64,000 bases of DNA from Felis catus (lineage: Eukaryota): the NCBI RefSeq assembly GCF_018350175.1, contig NC_058368.1, positions 60,018,001-60,082,000 of the forward strand. Direction: 5' to 3'. Position 1 is the first letter of the stretch, and each line of letters begins with the position of its first letter. The notes below the pieces were generated by a model. That model was not told the DNA's origin, did no database searches, and saw nothing but the letters and a program-made list of their open reading frames with translations. This document shows positions 13,444 to 25,805 of this stretch, piece after piece. Made by a program: the position numbers and the translations under genes.

Positions 13444-14727
13444 AGAAATAACTAATTACTTAAAACATACGACTTAGATATTCTCATTCTTGCTTTATCT
13501 CCTACCCCCAACTGCAACCCTGCCAATACCTGAAATATTAGATGATTTAGAAAGCATATTGAAATACACAGAAACTTTGAAAATCATCTAGTTTATTTCA
13601 AGAGTAATTAAATAATATTCTTTATCCCATGTACAAAAAGATTCCTGGAAATGATAAAGGTGTAATCTCAATACCCATTACATTCACACAGTTTTGCTCT
13701 CCTTAAATAAGCATTAGCTCCAAAGAATCATTAACGTGGGAATAAAACTTGACACTGAGTTTAGGACATTATTGTAATTTCCTGTACAAACACAGGGGCT
13801 TATAGTATTGTTAATACAAGTTTGCATTTACTCTGCTGGCCAGGGTACTGGCAATTTCCCTTAATTATAAAAAGTCCTTATGTTTAGAGCATAATGCACA
13901 TAAGGACAAGGCAAAATGTTAGCAATTAATTCTTAAGTAGGAAGCCATGTGGGTACAATGCAGCATGAGTTATTCCACAGTATTTCAAATCCCACAAAGG
14001 GGCACTATATCAAGAGGTTCAAAATAACTGGCTTCAAACATATAGTTAAAATTAATACAAAATGTACTGCCTTTGGAACCCAGTGTGAGCTGCATGAACC
14101 ATTTTAGACAAATACTTAGCCTAATCTTACACCAACTGTAAATCATGGACTTTTCTCTTTTCAACTCTAAAAACTGTGGCTTGATTTTCTAGTGAGCAAT
14201 TCTAGCATTCTTAAAATTAAAATTTTAAAGAAATGCCATGTTAGTCTAAAAAAGATAAAAAAAATTGTTCAGCTTGCCAATAATTTGTCTCCCATACTAA
14301 TTTCTTAATGGAGGTGGCCTGACATTTTTTAATGAAACATAAGGTTGTTCAATTTTTCCTCTCTTCAGACAACAGGTGGTCCTTCTTTATCATTGGAGCA
14401 ATTTTTTTTTCAGATTAAATGTGCCAAGAGTAGAACTTAGTCTGTGCACACATTACAAATATCATTTTTCCATTAATAAAAAATATCATACATATAAAGC
14501 TAAAATAATATTTCTGTGAAAGTATATGGGCATAAACGTAACATAATATGTGGCGATATTATATGCAACAAAGATTTTAAAAAGAAGAAGCAAAGATGGA
14601 GAGAATAGTATACAGAAAGGAGATAGATTTTAAATGCATATCTGTTTACTTAAAAACAAATAAAAAGATAATTGAGATCAGAATGTAATCATTGTTTTCT
14701 GTATACTTTTCTAAAGTTGTTGATCTT

Positions 14728-15177
14728 TGGATTAGTTTCCTAGGTCTTCTGTACAAAGTACTGCAAACTGGGTGGCTTATTACAACAGAAATTTATGCTA
14801 CCACAGTTGTGGAGGCTAGAATCCAAAATCAAGGTAGAAGCAAAGGTCATACTCTCCTATTTAATGATATTATTTTTCCTGCTTCTCTCCTAGATTCTGG
14901 TGGCTACCAACAATATTTGGAATTCCTAGGTTTGTATTTTTGTTATTCCAATTTCTATTTCCATCTTTACATGGCCATCTTCTGTATGTGTTTGTGTCTG
15001 TGTGTGCATGCTTCTAAATTTCTCTCTTTTTAAAAGGTACCAGTCATACTGGATTTAGGGCATACTCTGATCCAGTATGACCTCATCTTAACTGCATAGA
15101 CCCTAATTCCGAAAATTATCTTGTTCACAGGATCTAGGGGACATGAATTTTCAGGGGACAATACTGAATCCAATACA
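14728..15177 (-). mobile_element. Solo LTR, MaLR MLT1 (B/C-like)
   Basis: ATTAGTTTCCTAGG..CAAACTGGGTGGCTTA..CAACAGAAATTTAT..GACCTCATCTTAACT; TSD ATCTT / ATCAT. Confidence 0.88.
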
Positions 15178-15755
15178 ATCATAAACAAAATATTTTTAAT
15201 GTCAACTCTCTTTAAAGAGATAATCTCATTCAACAGAGTATTTGGAATTATGATATTGTGACTTTTACTCATCTATTTCATTGTTCATTTGCAAATATTT
15301 ATAGAACACTTACACAGTGATAGTTGCTGTGTTTACTCCTGGTGGTAAAAAAAATGTAGATAAACAAATAAGAAAAATACACAACTTACTACTATGTTAA
15401 GTCTTAAGTTTATCATTATTGGCTCTGAAAAATAGATGTTACCAAATTGTTAAACATGAAATATTCAATGTCATTTCTACAATGGAAGTGTCCCATGTAG
15501 GGTTCTCTTTTATTCCATATGGGCCATTTAATGCTTCACTGTCAATTTCTTGGGTTTACCCAAGAAATGATTTACTCATTGTTCCTTAAAAAAGGAATGA
15601 TCACAACAGTAGCAATCCCACCTTAGAGATAATAATGATCTGATGACATTATGACAGTATTTAGCAGAAAAATAAGATTAGTCAAATTTTTCCCTAAAAC
15701 ATAACACCCCACATAGATATCATGTGCAAACTATATATATATTTAAAATATAAAT

Positions 15756-15982
15756 GGGGCGCCTGGGTGGCTTAGTCGGTTAAGCGGCCGACTTCGGCTC
15801 AGGTCATGATCTCGCAGTCCGTGAGTTCGAGTCCTGCGTCGGGCTCTGTGCTGACAGCTCAGAGCCTGGAGCCTGTTTCAGATTCTGTGTCTCCCTCTCT
15901 CTGACCCTCCCCCATTCATGCTCTGTCTCCCTCTGTCTCAAAAATAAATAAACGTTAAAATTTTTTTAAAAATAAAATAAAA
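15756..15982 (+). mobile_element. SINEC
   Basis: Near-consensus body with CpGs retained and an A-rich tail. Confidence 0.96.
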
Positions 15983-16491
15983 TAAAATATAAGCAATATG
16001 AAACTCTATTACCTGCTAAGTTCTCAAACTCAGGTTTTGGTAATAAAATATCTAGAGCTAATTAGGCTAATTTTCAACCAATTTCTGGCTCATCATACAA
16101 TGATTTTCTAAATATGCTGTGGAAGTCACTGTATTCCAGGTATCTGCAATGACTATTAAACACAGACATTCTGTAGCCTGTGGCCTAAGACTACTAACTT
16201 ATTGATTCAAAATCTTTGTTGATAAGTATAACAATTTGCATTTAAATTAGTTCTCTAACAGATTCTTCCATTAAAGCTTAAGAACCATTGTTATAGCTCA
16301 TAAACAGCATTACTTAAAAGGAAAATAAGCTCTTCCAACATGGAATGTTATAGCATGGAAAAACTGAAATGGGGTAAAGGGGTTAGGAGAGAGCAATTGG
16401 AAGGGTGTTTGAACAAATGGTAGGAAAGAAATAGTTATAGGGTGGGTGAGAAGAATTGGCAAGGAAGGCGATCTTAAATCTTTGTTGGTGA

Positions 16492-16729
16492 GGGGTGCCT
16501 TGGTGGCGCAGTCGGTTAAGCGTCCGACTTCAGCCAGGTCATGATCTCGCGGTCCGTGGGTTCGAGCCCCGCGTCAGGCTCTGGGCTGATGGCTCAGAGC
16601 CTGGAGCCTGTTTCCGATTCTGTGTCTCCCTCTCTCTCTGCCCCTCCCCCGTTCATGCTCTGTCTCTCTCTGTCCCAAAAATAAATAAAAAGTTGAAAAA
16701 AAAATTTAAAAAAATAAAAAATAAAAAAA
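16492..16729 (+). mobile_element. SINEC, young Fc1-like subfamily
   Basis: Diagnostic CAGCCAGGTC and TGGGCTGATGGCTC; perfect TSD AAATCTTTGTTGGTGA at 16476-16491 and 16730-16745. Confidence 0.97.
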
Positions 16730-17468
16730 AAATCTTTGTTGGTGAGATAAAATGCCCAAAAGTCATAGTCAAATATTGATGAAATGTTATCTTACCTATG
16801 GGCAAAACCCAGAGACACACACATTTTTTTATTTTGGCATGAGATTTTTTACTAGCATTCAGACTAATTTAGTTTCTTGAAACCTGACCAGTTTTCCTCC
16901 TTAGAAGTGAAGTGACCTCACCTATCTATGAAGAATATAAAAGGACAAATTATGAGCTTACTCTAGTGTCTATAACCTTATTCCTCCATTTATGGAAATT
17001 TACCTGAAACACTAAAATATTCCTCCAGAAATCTAAGGTCAAGTGAAATCAAGGTAAAAATGTCATATTTAGCTAATGTTACCCAGCCCTCCTGCAAACG
17101 TGTTTTACCAAGTTACATTTCAGTTATTATATATTGAACAGCAAAAAAAGTCCCTCCATTTCTCAGATGATGGGGCAAAACAAGAGGAGAAGCAAAAATT
17201 CCAGCTAAGTTTATAAGTGGCAAAGTGGCTCAGCTGAGGGAATTTTAGCAGAGTGAACACACTCAATGGTTCTGTATAGCCTGTAGGAATAATTTGTCAA
17301 GACCTTCTGATCTGGCCTCTGCTTATTTCTCTTAACTATGTCTCCCAGTTCTCTTGATAAGCACCTTATCATCTTAGTATACTGAAGTTAGCCCTGTCCA
17401 TCTCCTGAGCACATGCTGCATCCGTTGCCTAGAAGGTTCTTTCTATTTGCCTGTCTCAGAGCTACACA

Positions 17469-18344
17469 TTTTTTTCAGAAAAAAAATATCTTTATCATAA
17501 AGAAAATACAAAGCAAGACAGAGAAGGAGGAGGGTGGTGGAGTGGGGGAAGATCTGGAAAAAAGATGTCACTAACCATGCTGCCCAAATATGGTTTCCTG
17601 CTATGGAGGAGAGTGTTTTGTCCCTTATCCCATGTGCATTTCCTGATTCAAAGAACACTGCTCCTACCAGGGCTGGGCCTAGGGAGCCCCACTTTACAAC
17701 ATCCTGTCTTCCAGGGAGTTTGGAAAAGGTTGTGTAGTTCTCAGACTTTCAACATATAGAAGGCAGCACGGAGAAGGCAAGGATGTTACAGCATCTTATT
17801 TCAGCTTCAACCCCAGCCCCATCCCTCAGTATTTGTTGATGCCAAAGGGACAGACCCTATGAAGTTGGGACAACATAAGTAGCAGTAGGCTGAGCAATGA
17901 GGCATATTGACGAGGAAGTGAGCAGCATCAACTTGGTTTAGAAGCTGGCCAGGAGGCAGAGTACAATTGAAGAGATGCTGAAGAATTGTGGGAAAAGGTA
18001 AATTGGAATCCATAGTCCATCTCTTCCCAGTGTGCCAGTAGCAGAGCCATTCCTTCGTCAAGGGTCTCCAAGGGTGTCCCTTTCACCATATACAAGAAGA
18101 CCTACATAGCCAAGTAGTGGATGATGTTGGTCAGGGTCAGGATCAGGACAACAGAAATGCTGAATAGAGCCATGTGCAGTAGTCCCACCACGATGATGTG
18201 GGCCAGCCAGATGCTTTGGTGATTCGCCACTCTAGCGTTGGGGTTTTCTTTGCTATGTGACACCCCCATATGTGCCTGCCAGTTTCAGAAGCCCAACTAA
18301 CTTGAGGTTCAGCCCTCGCTTCTACACTTGTGTCTCCTGGAAGC
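17469..18344 (-). pseudogene. ORMDL2: Processed pseudogene of ORMDL2 (ORMDL sphingolipid biosynthesis regulator 2); coding remnant about 17826-18275
   Basis: The minus strand translates to GVSHSKENPNARVANHQSIWLAHIIVVGLLHM...[45 protein letters not shown]...DAAHFLVN...FGINKY*. This matches the ORMDL family, and DAAHFL is the ORMDL2 variant. It has no introns, a premature stop at 18102-18104, frameshifts, a 3'UTR with GATAAA about 20 nt before a short A tail, and TSD C(A/T)GAGCTACACA. Confidence 0.93.
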
Positions 18345-18356
18345 CTGAGCTACACA

Positions 18357-18556
18357 TTTTTTAAATGTTTATTTATTTTTGAAAGAGAGAGAGTATGAGT
18401 GTGGGAGGTGCAGAGAGAGAGACAGGGAATCCCAAGCAGGCTCCACACTATCAGCACAGAGCCCAGTGCAGGGCTTGAACTCACAAACTGTGAGATCATG
18501 ATCTGAACTGAAATCAGGAGTCAGACCTTCAACCAACTGAGCCACCTAGGTGCCCC
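18357..18556 (-). mobile_element. SINEC inserted at the retrocopy's target-site duplication
   Basis: SINE body flanked by CTGAGCTACACA at 18345-18356 and 18557-18568. Confidence 0.95.
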
Positions 18557-18834
18557 CTGAGCTACACAGTTTTAGTGGCGTCACTCTGTTATAAACTCTT
18601 TAAAATTCTTAAACATTGCAGTTGAAAACTATGCATAACCTTTTACACACTCATATTTTACCTTTTCTATACCTCTGTTAAAACATTTATTTAATTATGT
18701 GAGTTATTACCACATCTCTCTTCTCTGGTAGCCTGATTGTTTCCAATGGTAGCTTTGCTTTCTTTATTTTGACACTTGGGTCTATATCTTTGTAGCTCCT
18801 GACATTTTTGAACTTTATTGGAATCCTGTGATTC

Positions 18835-19343
18835 TGGAAGAGAGCTACAGTTAGAGAAAGCCCCTCACCTTTCTGTGTTCTGGAAACAGCTTACTGGGAA
18901 CAACCATTCTTCACCATAAGATTTAGATAAAACTTAATGATGCCCTTCCCTTTTGCTTCTCTATGCCAGCCCTCCAATTTTTCATCTCTTGCTCATAAAA
19001 ATTAGCTGAATCTCTTGTGCTCACTGATCAATCAGAACAAAATGCCCCTCAACAAAACTTTTCTTAAGTTGCTCTCTTCCCAAAGCTTATGAAATTTGAC
19101 CCACCTTCAGCAGCACACAACTCCTCCTTGATAGCCTTTCCTGGAATAGGCTACCTAAGAGAAAAGACTCGCTTTCTCTCTACCCTATCTTGCCATTCAC
19201 TACTTTTGCTTCTCCCTGGCTGTTCACTCCTCCCTATAAAATAAAAGCCCCTTTACTCTTGGTGAGAATATTCTCTCTACTGCAATCATCCCTCTGAATT
19301 AAGTCTTTCCTTACATAGATGTGGATTCATTTCTTATTTGATA
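18835..19343 (+). mobile_element. Old solo LTR (ERV1-class, MER34-like; family uncertain)
   Basis: CCAAT-like element, TATA-like CCCTATAAAA, decayed polyA signal and an LTR-like end TTATTTGATA; L2-like sequence resumes after it. Confidence 0.6.
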
Positions 19344-19449
19344 ATGCTTAATAAATATTTTCATAGATTGATGAATTAAAGGTAAATGCATCTTTTACCA
19401 CTGCCTCTTCAAATTTTCCACACTTTTTTTCTAACAAACATACTGTCAT

Positions 19450-20180
19450 GAACCTCAAAACTAATCAATATATCCTTATGTTTAATTGACCTCCCATACC
19501 TTTAGTTTACTATGGCTGCAAGTGAATGCTATCTCTGTTCCATTTCTGTTGTACTGGTTTTGACTATGATCATCTCCTCGTTTAGACAAACCACAGTAGC
19601 TTCCAACTCACTCTCCCTTTTTGAATCTCTTCCTCTTTACATTAATTTTTGCCCCCTTAGTCATCTTTGCAAAATAAAAATAGTTCCTTCTGTGTAATTC
19701 CTTATGGAACAAACGTAAATGGCACTCTGTAACCTATAGGAAAAAGTTCAAACTTATTGTCTTATTATAGAGAGAGATTAATTGTTAGACTGGCAGATCC
19801 CATTCTGCTCTTACTGCTGTTTGCTTGAACAATAATTTTATGGACTTCCTGTCCATCATAACCCCAGATCACTCTTGTATGCTTTCATGTGTTATATAAT
19901 TTGTGTTATTTACCTATTTGCTTAGGAAGTTCATGCCTAGAAAACCCCTATTCTTCTGAAAATTGAGTTCAAATTTCACTTCCTTAAATGCATGTCATTC
20001 GAATTCCAATCAAGATTAGGTACCCAATTGTCTTTTCATATTTGACTTAATGTAGTACTTTCAACATATATTGAAGTGGCCTATTTATGTAACTTTTTAG
20101 AATCAGACCTTACCAAGTCAATGTTTAATATGATTCTAGAAACACAATTATCGCTCCATAAATGTTTTGTATGTTAATTA
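19450..20180 (+). mobile_element. Degraded L2 3' region
   Basis: Pyrimidine-rich L2-like sequence ending CTCCATAAATGTTTTGTATGTTAAT; boundaries are approximate. Confidence 0.55.
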
Positions 20181-20265
20181 TATATACACGTTTCTTTCAT
20201 TTAATACGTTTTCTGATTATAAAATAAATATATATACTCTAGAGCTACTAGAAAATAGCATGGCA

Positions 20266-20510
20266 GGGCGCCTGAGTGGCTCAGTTGGTTAAGCATCCAA
20301 CGTAGTCTCAGGTCATGATCTTGCAGTTCATGGGTTTAATCCCTGCATCGGGCTCTTTGCTGACAGTTCAGAACCTGGAGCCTACTTTGGATTCTGTGTC
20401 TCCCTCTCTCTCTCTGCCCCTTCTCCTGCTCACACATACACACTGTCTCTCTTTTTCTCTCAAAACTAAACATTCAAAAAGTAATAAATAAAATACATAC
20501 ATAAATAAAA
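20266..20510 (+). mobile_element. SINEC
   Basis: Perfect TSD AGAAAATAGCATGGCA at 20250-20265 and 20511-20526. Confidence 0.96.
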
Positions 20511-20595
20511 AGAAAATAGCATGGCAACGATTAGAAGAAAAATCAGTTTTCCCATAAATATGCATTTTTTAAATTTTTCTAATTTTGAGTAACCA

Positions 20596-20704
20596 TTTTA
20601 TTCATAACATTCTGTCTCAATCTCCATAAATAAAATGTAGTTTCATATGGTTTTATTCATAACATTCTGTCTCAATCTCCATAAATAAAATGTAGTTCAT
20701 ATGG
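20596..20704. repeat. 55-bp tandem duplication
   Basis: 20596-20650 and 20651-20704 are identical except for one T indel. Confidence 0.95.
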
Positions 20705-21944
20705 TAAATATGGTATAAAATACTGCGTATTTCTTTATTACATAATTTTAAAGATACAATTTTAATTGTTAAATCTTATTAAATTAGTTACTAATCTGAT
20801 ACCACAACACATTGATTTAAATATTTCACATCTGGTAGACATTTGCATTGTTTCTGAATTTTTACTAATATACATACAACATTATGACATCTGCATAAAT
20901 TAGTAGTCAGTTACAAGTAAAAGAAGAATGGTCTGATTTTATAAATTTAGAGCATATTAAGAAGTATACCAATATATTATACATAAGAATACATAGGAGG
21001 GAGTGTCATAAAATAAAAAATATAAATGTGATATATATTATTATATTTGCTATAATATGTATGCCCCCATCAATAAACACTTGACTGACATATGACTATG
21101 TGTGTGTACTTGCAAGTGTGTATTTTTCTACATGCAATTTTTTCCCTCTGGTGTGTATTCTGTTACCTTGAGTCACCTACTGCTTGTAAGTAATAGGTTA
21201 ACTTATATTCACCCTAGCTCTACTTTTTTTCATATATAAATGCAATAAGAAAATTAATCCTGGATGTAAATAATATAAAATAACAAAGGGGAAAGTATCA
21301 CCTGGTCTCTTAGACTAAGCACTAAATTTTAAGGCTCTTAGTATATATACCTTACCTCAGGCATTTCTTGCACTTGTAAAGATCAAGAAATTTAGCAATC
21401 ATTATTATGTTATTGTTTGTATGTTTATTAGACCTCATGCTGCCTGGTTTTTCCTTCACAGTGATGTCTCCATTTGCTTGCTATTCTATCCCAGTCTCTG
21501 AAACTTGTAGGGCTTCAATACATATTTTCTGAATAAACTAATAAAGCCTACAAATTAATTTGGGAAAAAGTGAAATTCATGCTTTCAAATTAGAGTAAAA
21601 TTTAATATTGAGTTCCTCTCCACCATAGGTAAGAATATGTTCCTAATGTGTTGAAACTGTTTAATATTGAGATACTACACTATCATGTCAAGATATTCCA
21701 GTAAGTTACTACATCTTTTATTTTAAATTTTTTAACATGAAATTTATTGTCAAATTGGTTTCCATACAACACCCATTGCTCATCCCAACAGGTGCCCTCC
21801 TCAATGCCCATCAACCACTTTTCCCTCCCTCCCACAACCATCAACCCTCAGTTTATTCTCAGTTTTTAAGAGTCTCTTATGCTTTGGCTCTCTCCCACTC
21901 TAACCTCTTTTTTTTCCCTTCCCCATGGGTTTCTGTTAAGTTTC

Positions 21945-24900
21945 TCAGGATCCACATATGAGTGAAAACATATGGTATCTGTCTTTCTTTGTATGACGTA
22001 TTTCTCTTAACATAACACTCCAGTTCCATCCATGTTGCTACAAAGGGCCATATTTCATTCTGTCTCATTGCCAAGTAGTATTCCATTGTGTATATAAACC
22101 ACAATTTCTTTATCCATTCGTCAGTTGATGGACATTTAGGCTCTTTCCATACTTTGGCTAAGATTGAAAGTGCTGCTATAAACATTGGGGTACAAGTGCC
22201 CCTATGAATCAGCACTCCTGTATCCCTAGGGTAAATTGCTAGCAGTGCTACTGCTGGGTCATAGGGTAGGTCTATTTTTAATTTATTGAGGAACCTCCAC
22301 ACTGTTTTCCGGAGTGGCTGCACCAGTTTGCATTCCCACCAACAGTGCAAGAGGGTTCCCGTTTCTCCACATGCTCTCCAACATCTATAGTCTCCTGATT
22401 TGTTTCTTTTAGCCACTCTGACTGGCGTGAGGTGATATCTGAGTGTGGTTTTGATTTGTATTTCCCTGATGAGGAGCAATGTTGAGCATCTTTTCATGTG
22501 CCTGTTGGCCATCCGGATGTCTTCTTTAGAGAAGTGTCTATTCATGTTTTCTGCCCATTTCTTCACTGGATTATTTGTTTTTCAGGTGTAGAGTTTGGTG
22601 AGCTCTATAGATTTTGGATACTAGCCTTTTTTCTGATATGTCATTTGCAAATATCTTTTCCCATTCCGTTGGTTGCCTTTTAGTTTTGTTGGTTGTTTCC
22701 TTTGCAGTGCAGAAGCTTTTTATCTTCATGAGGTCCCAATAATTCATTTTTGCTTTTAATTCCCTTGCCTTTGGGGATGTGTCAAGTAAGAAATTGCTGC
22801 AGCTGAGGTCAGAGAGGTCTTTTCCTACTTTCTCCTCTAGGGTTTTGATGGTTTCCTGTCTCACATTCAGGTATTTTATCCATTTTGAGTTTATTTTTGT
22901 GAATGGTGTGAGAAAGTAGTCTAGCTTTGTCCTTCTGCATGTTGCTGTCCAGTTCTCCCAGCACCATTTGTTAAAGAGACTGTCTTTTTTTCATTGGATA
23001 TTCTTTCCTGCTTTGTCAAAGATGAGTTGGCCATACATTTGTGGGTCTAGTTCTGGGGTTTCTATTCTATTCCATTGGTCTATGTGTCTGTTTTTGTGCT
23101 AATATAATGCTGTCTTGATGATGACAGCTTTGTAGTAGAGGCTAAAGTCTGGGATTGTGATGCTTCCTGCTTTGGTCTTCTTCTTCAAAATTACTTTGGC
23201 TATTCGGGGTCTTTTGTGGTTCCATACAAATTTTAGGATTAGGTGTTCTAACTTCGAGAAGAATGCTGGTGCAATTTAGATTGGGATTGCATTGAATGTG
23301 TAGATAGCTTTGGGTAGCATTGACATTTTAACAATATTTATTCTTCCAACCCATGAGCACGGAATGTTTTTCCATTTCTTTATATCTTCTTCAATTTCCT
23401 TCATAAGCTTTCTATAGTTTTCAGCATACAGATCTTTTACATCTTTGGTTAGGTTTATTCCTAGATATTTTATGCTTCTTTTGCAATTGTGAATGGGATC
23501 AGTTTCTTTATTTTTCTTTCTGTTGCTTCATTATTAGTGTATAAGAATGCAACTGATTTCTGTACATTGATTTTGTATCCTGCAACTTTGCTGAATTCAT
23601 TTATCAATTCTAGCAAACTTTTGGTGGAGTCCATTGGGTTTTCCATGTATCATATCATGTCATCTGCAAACAGTGAAAGCTTGACTTCATCTTTGCCAAT
23701 TTTGATGCCTTTGATTTCCTTTTGTTGTCTGATTGCTGATGCTAGAACTTCCAACCCTATATTAAACAACAGCGGTGAGAGTGGACATCCCTGTCATGTT
23801 CCTGATCTCAGGGGGAAAGCTCTCAGTTTTTCCCCATTGAGGATGATGTTAGCTGTGGGCTTTTCATAAATGGCTTTTATGATGTTTAAGTATGTTCCTT
23901 CTATCCTGACTTTCTTGCGGGTTTTTATTAGAAAGTGTGCTGAATTTTGTCAAATGCTTTTGACAGGATCATATGGTTCTTATCTTTTCTTTTATTAATG
24001 TGATGCATCAGATTGATTGATTTGTGAATATTGAACCAGCCCTGCAGCCCAGGAATGAATTCCACTTGATCATGGTGGATAATTCTTTTTATATGCTGCT
24101 GAATTAGATTTCCTAGTATCTTATTGAGCATTTTTGCATCCATATTCATCAGGGATATTGGCCTGTAGTTCTCTTTTTTTTTTTTTTTTTGCTGGGTCTC
24201 TGTCTGGTTTAGGAATCAAAGTAATGCTGGCTTTATAGAATGAGTCTGGACATTTTCCTTCCCTTTCTATTTTTTGGAATAGCTTGATAGGTATTATTTC
24301 TGCCTTAAGTGTCTGGTAGAACTCCCCTGGGAAGCCGTCTGGTCCTGGACACTTATTTGTTGGGAGATTTTTGATAACTGATTCAATTTCTTCGCTGGTT
24401 ATGGGTCTGTTCAAGCTTTCTATTTCTTCCTGTTTGAGTTTTTGGAGTGTGTGGGTGTTTAGGAATTTGTCTATTTCTTCAGGTTGTCCAGTTTGTTGGC
24501 ATGTAATTTTTCATAGTATTCTCTGATAATTGCTTGTATTTCTGAGGGATTGGTTGCAGTAATTCCATTTTCATTCATGATTTTATCTATTTGGGTCCTC
24601 TCCCTTTTCTTTTTGAGAAGCCTGGCTTCTCATTTTGTTTATTTTCTTAAAAAAACACCTCTTGGTTTCATTGATCTGCTCTACAGTTTTTTTATATTCT
24701 GTATTGTTTATTTCTGCTCTGATCTTTATTATTTCTCTTCTTCTTCTGGGTTTGGGTGTCTTTGCTGTTCTGCTTCTATTTCCTTTAGGTGAGCTGTTAG
24801 ATTTTGTATTTGGGATTTTTCTTGTTTCTTGAGATAGGCCTGGATTGCAATGTATTTTCCTCTCATGACTGCCTTAGCTGCATCCCAAAGCATTTGGATT

Positions 24901-25757
24901 GTTGTATTTTCATGTTCATTTGTTTCCATATATTTCTTAATTTCTTCTCTAATAGCCTGGTTGACCCATTCATTCTTTAGTAGGGTATTCTTTAACCTCC
25001 ATGCTTTTGGAGGTTTTCCAGACTTTTTCCTGTGGTTGATTTCAAGCTTCATAGCATTGTGGTCTGAAAGTGTGCATGGTATGATCTCAGTACTTTTGTA
25101 CTTATGAAGGGCTGTTTTGTGACCCAGTATGTGATCTATCTTGGAGAATGTTCCATGTGCACTCGAGAAGAAAGTATATTCTGTTGCTTTGGGATGCAGA
25201 GTTCTAAATATATCTGTCGAGTCCATCTGGTCCAATGTATCATTCAGGGCCCTTGTTTCTTAATTGATCCTGTGTCTAAATGATCTATCCATTAATGCAA
25301 GTGGAGTATTAAAGTCCCCGCAATTACCACATTCTTATCAATAAGGTTGCTTATGTTTGTGCTTAGTTGTTTTATATATTTGGGGGCTCCTGTATTTGGC
25401 ACATAGACATTTTTAACTGTTAGCTCTTCCTGATGTATAGAAGTTATTGTATAATGCCCTTGTAGTTATTGTATAATGCCCTTCTTCATCTCTTTTTACA
25501 GCCTTTAATTTAAAGTCTAGTTTGTCTGATATAAGTGTGGCTACTCCAGCTTTCTTTTGACTTCCAGTAGCATGATAGATAGTTCTCCATCCCCTCACTT
25601 TCAATCTGAAGGTGTCCTCATGTCTAAAATGAGTCTCTTGTAGACAGCAAATAGATGGGTCTTGTTTTTTATCCATTCTGATACCCTATGTTTTGGTTGG
25701 AGCATTTAGTCCATTTACATTGAGTGTTATTATAGAAAGATATGGGTTTAGAGTCAT
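21945..25757 (-). pseudogene. L1 ORF2 (endonuclease / reverse transcriptase), frameshifted
   Basis: ORF-track fragments [64 protein letters not shown] and [24 protein letters not shown]; the span is about full length but broken by indels and stops. Confidence 0.95.
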
Positions 25758-25805
25758 TGTGATGTCTGTAGGTTTCATGCTTATAGTGATGTCTCTGGTA
25801 CCTTG

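Noticed and set aside
17443..18061. ORFs of 64-84 aa near 17.5-18 kb as a real gene
   Set aside because: They are out-of-frame or UTR readings of the ORMDL2 retrocopy.
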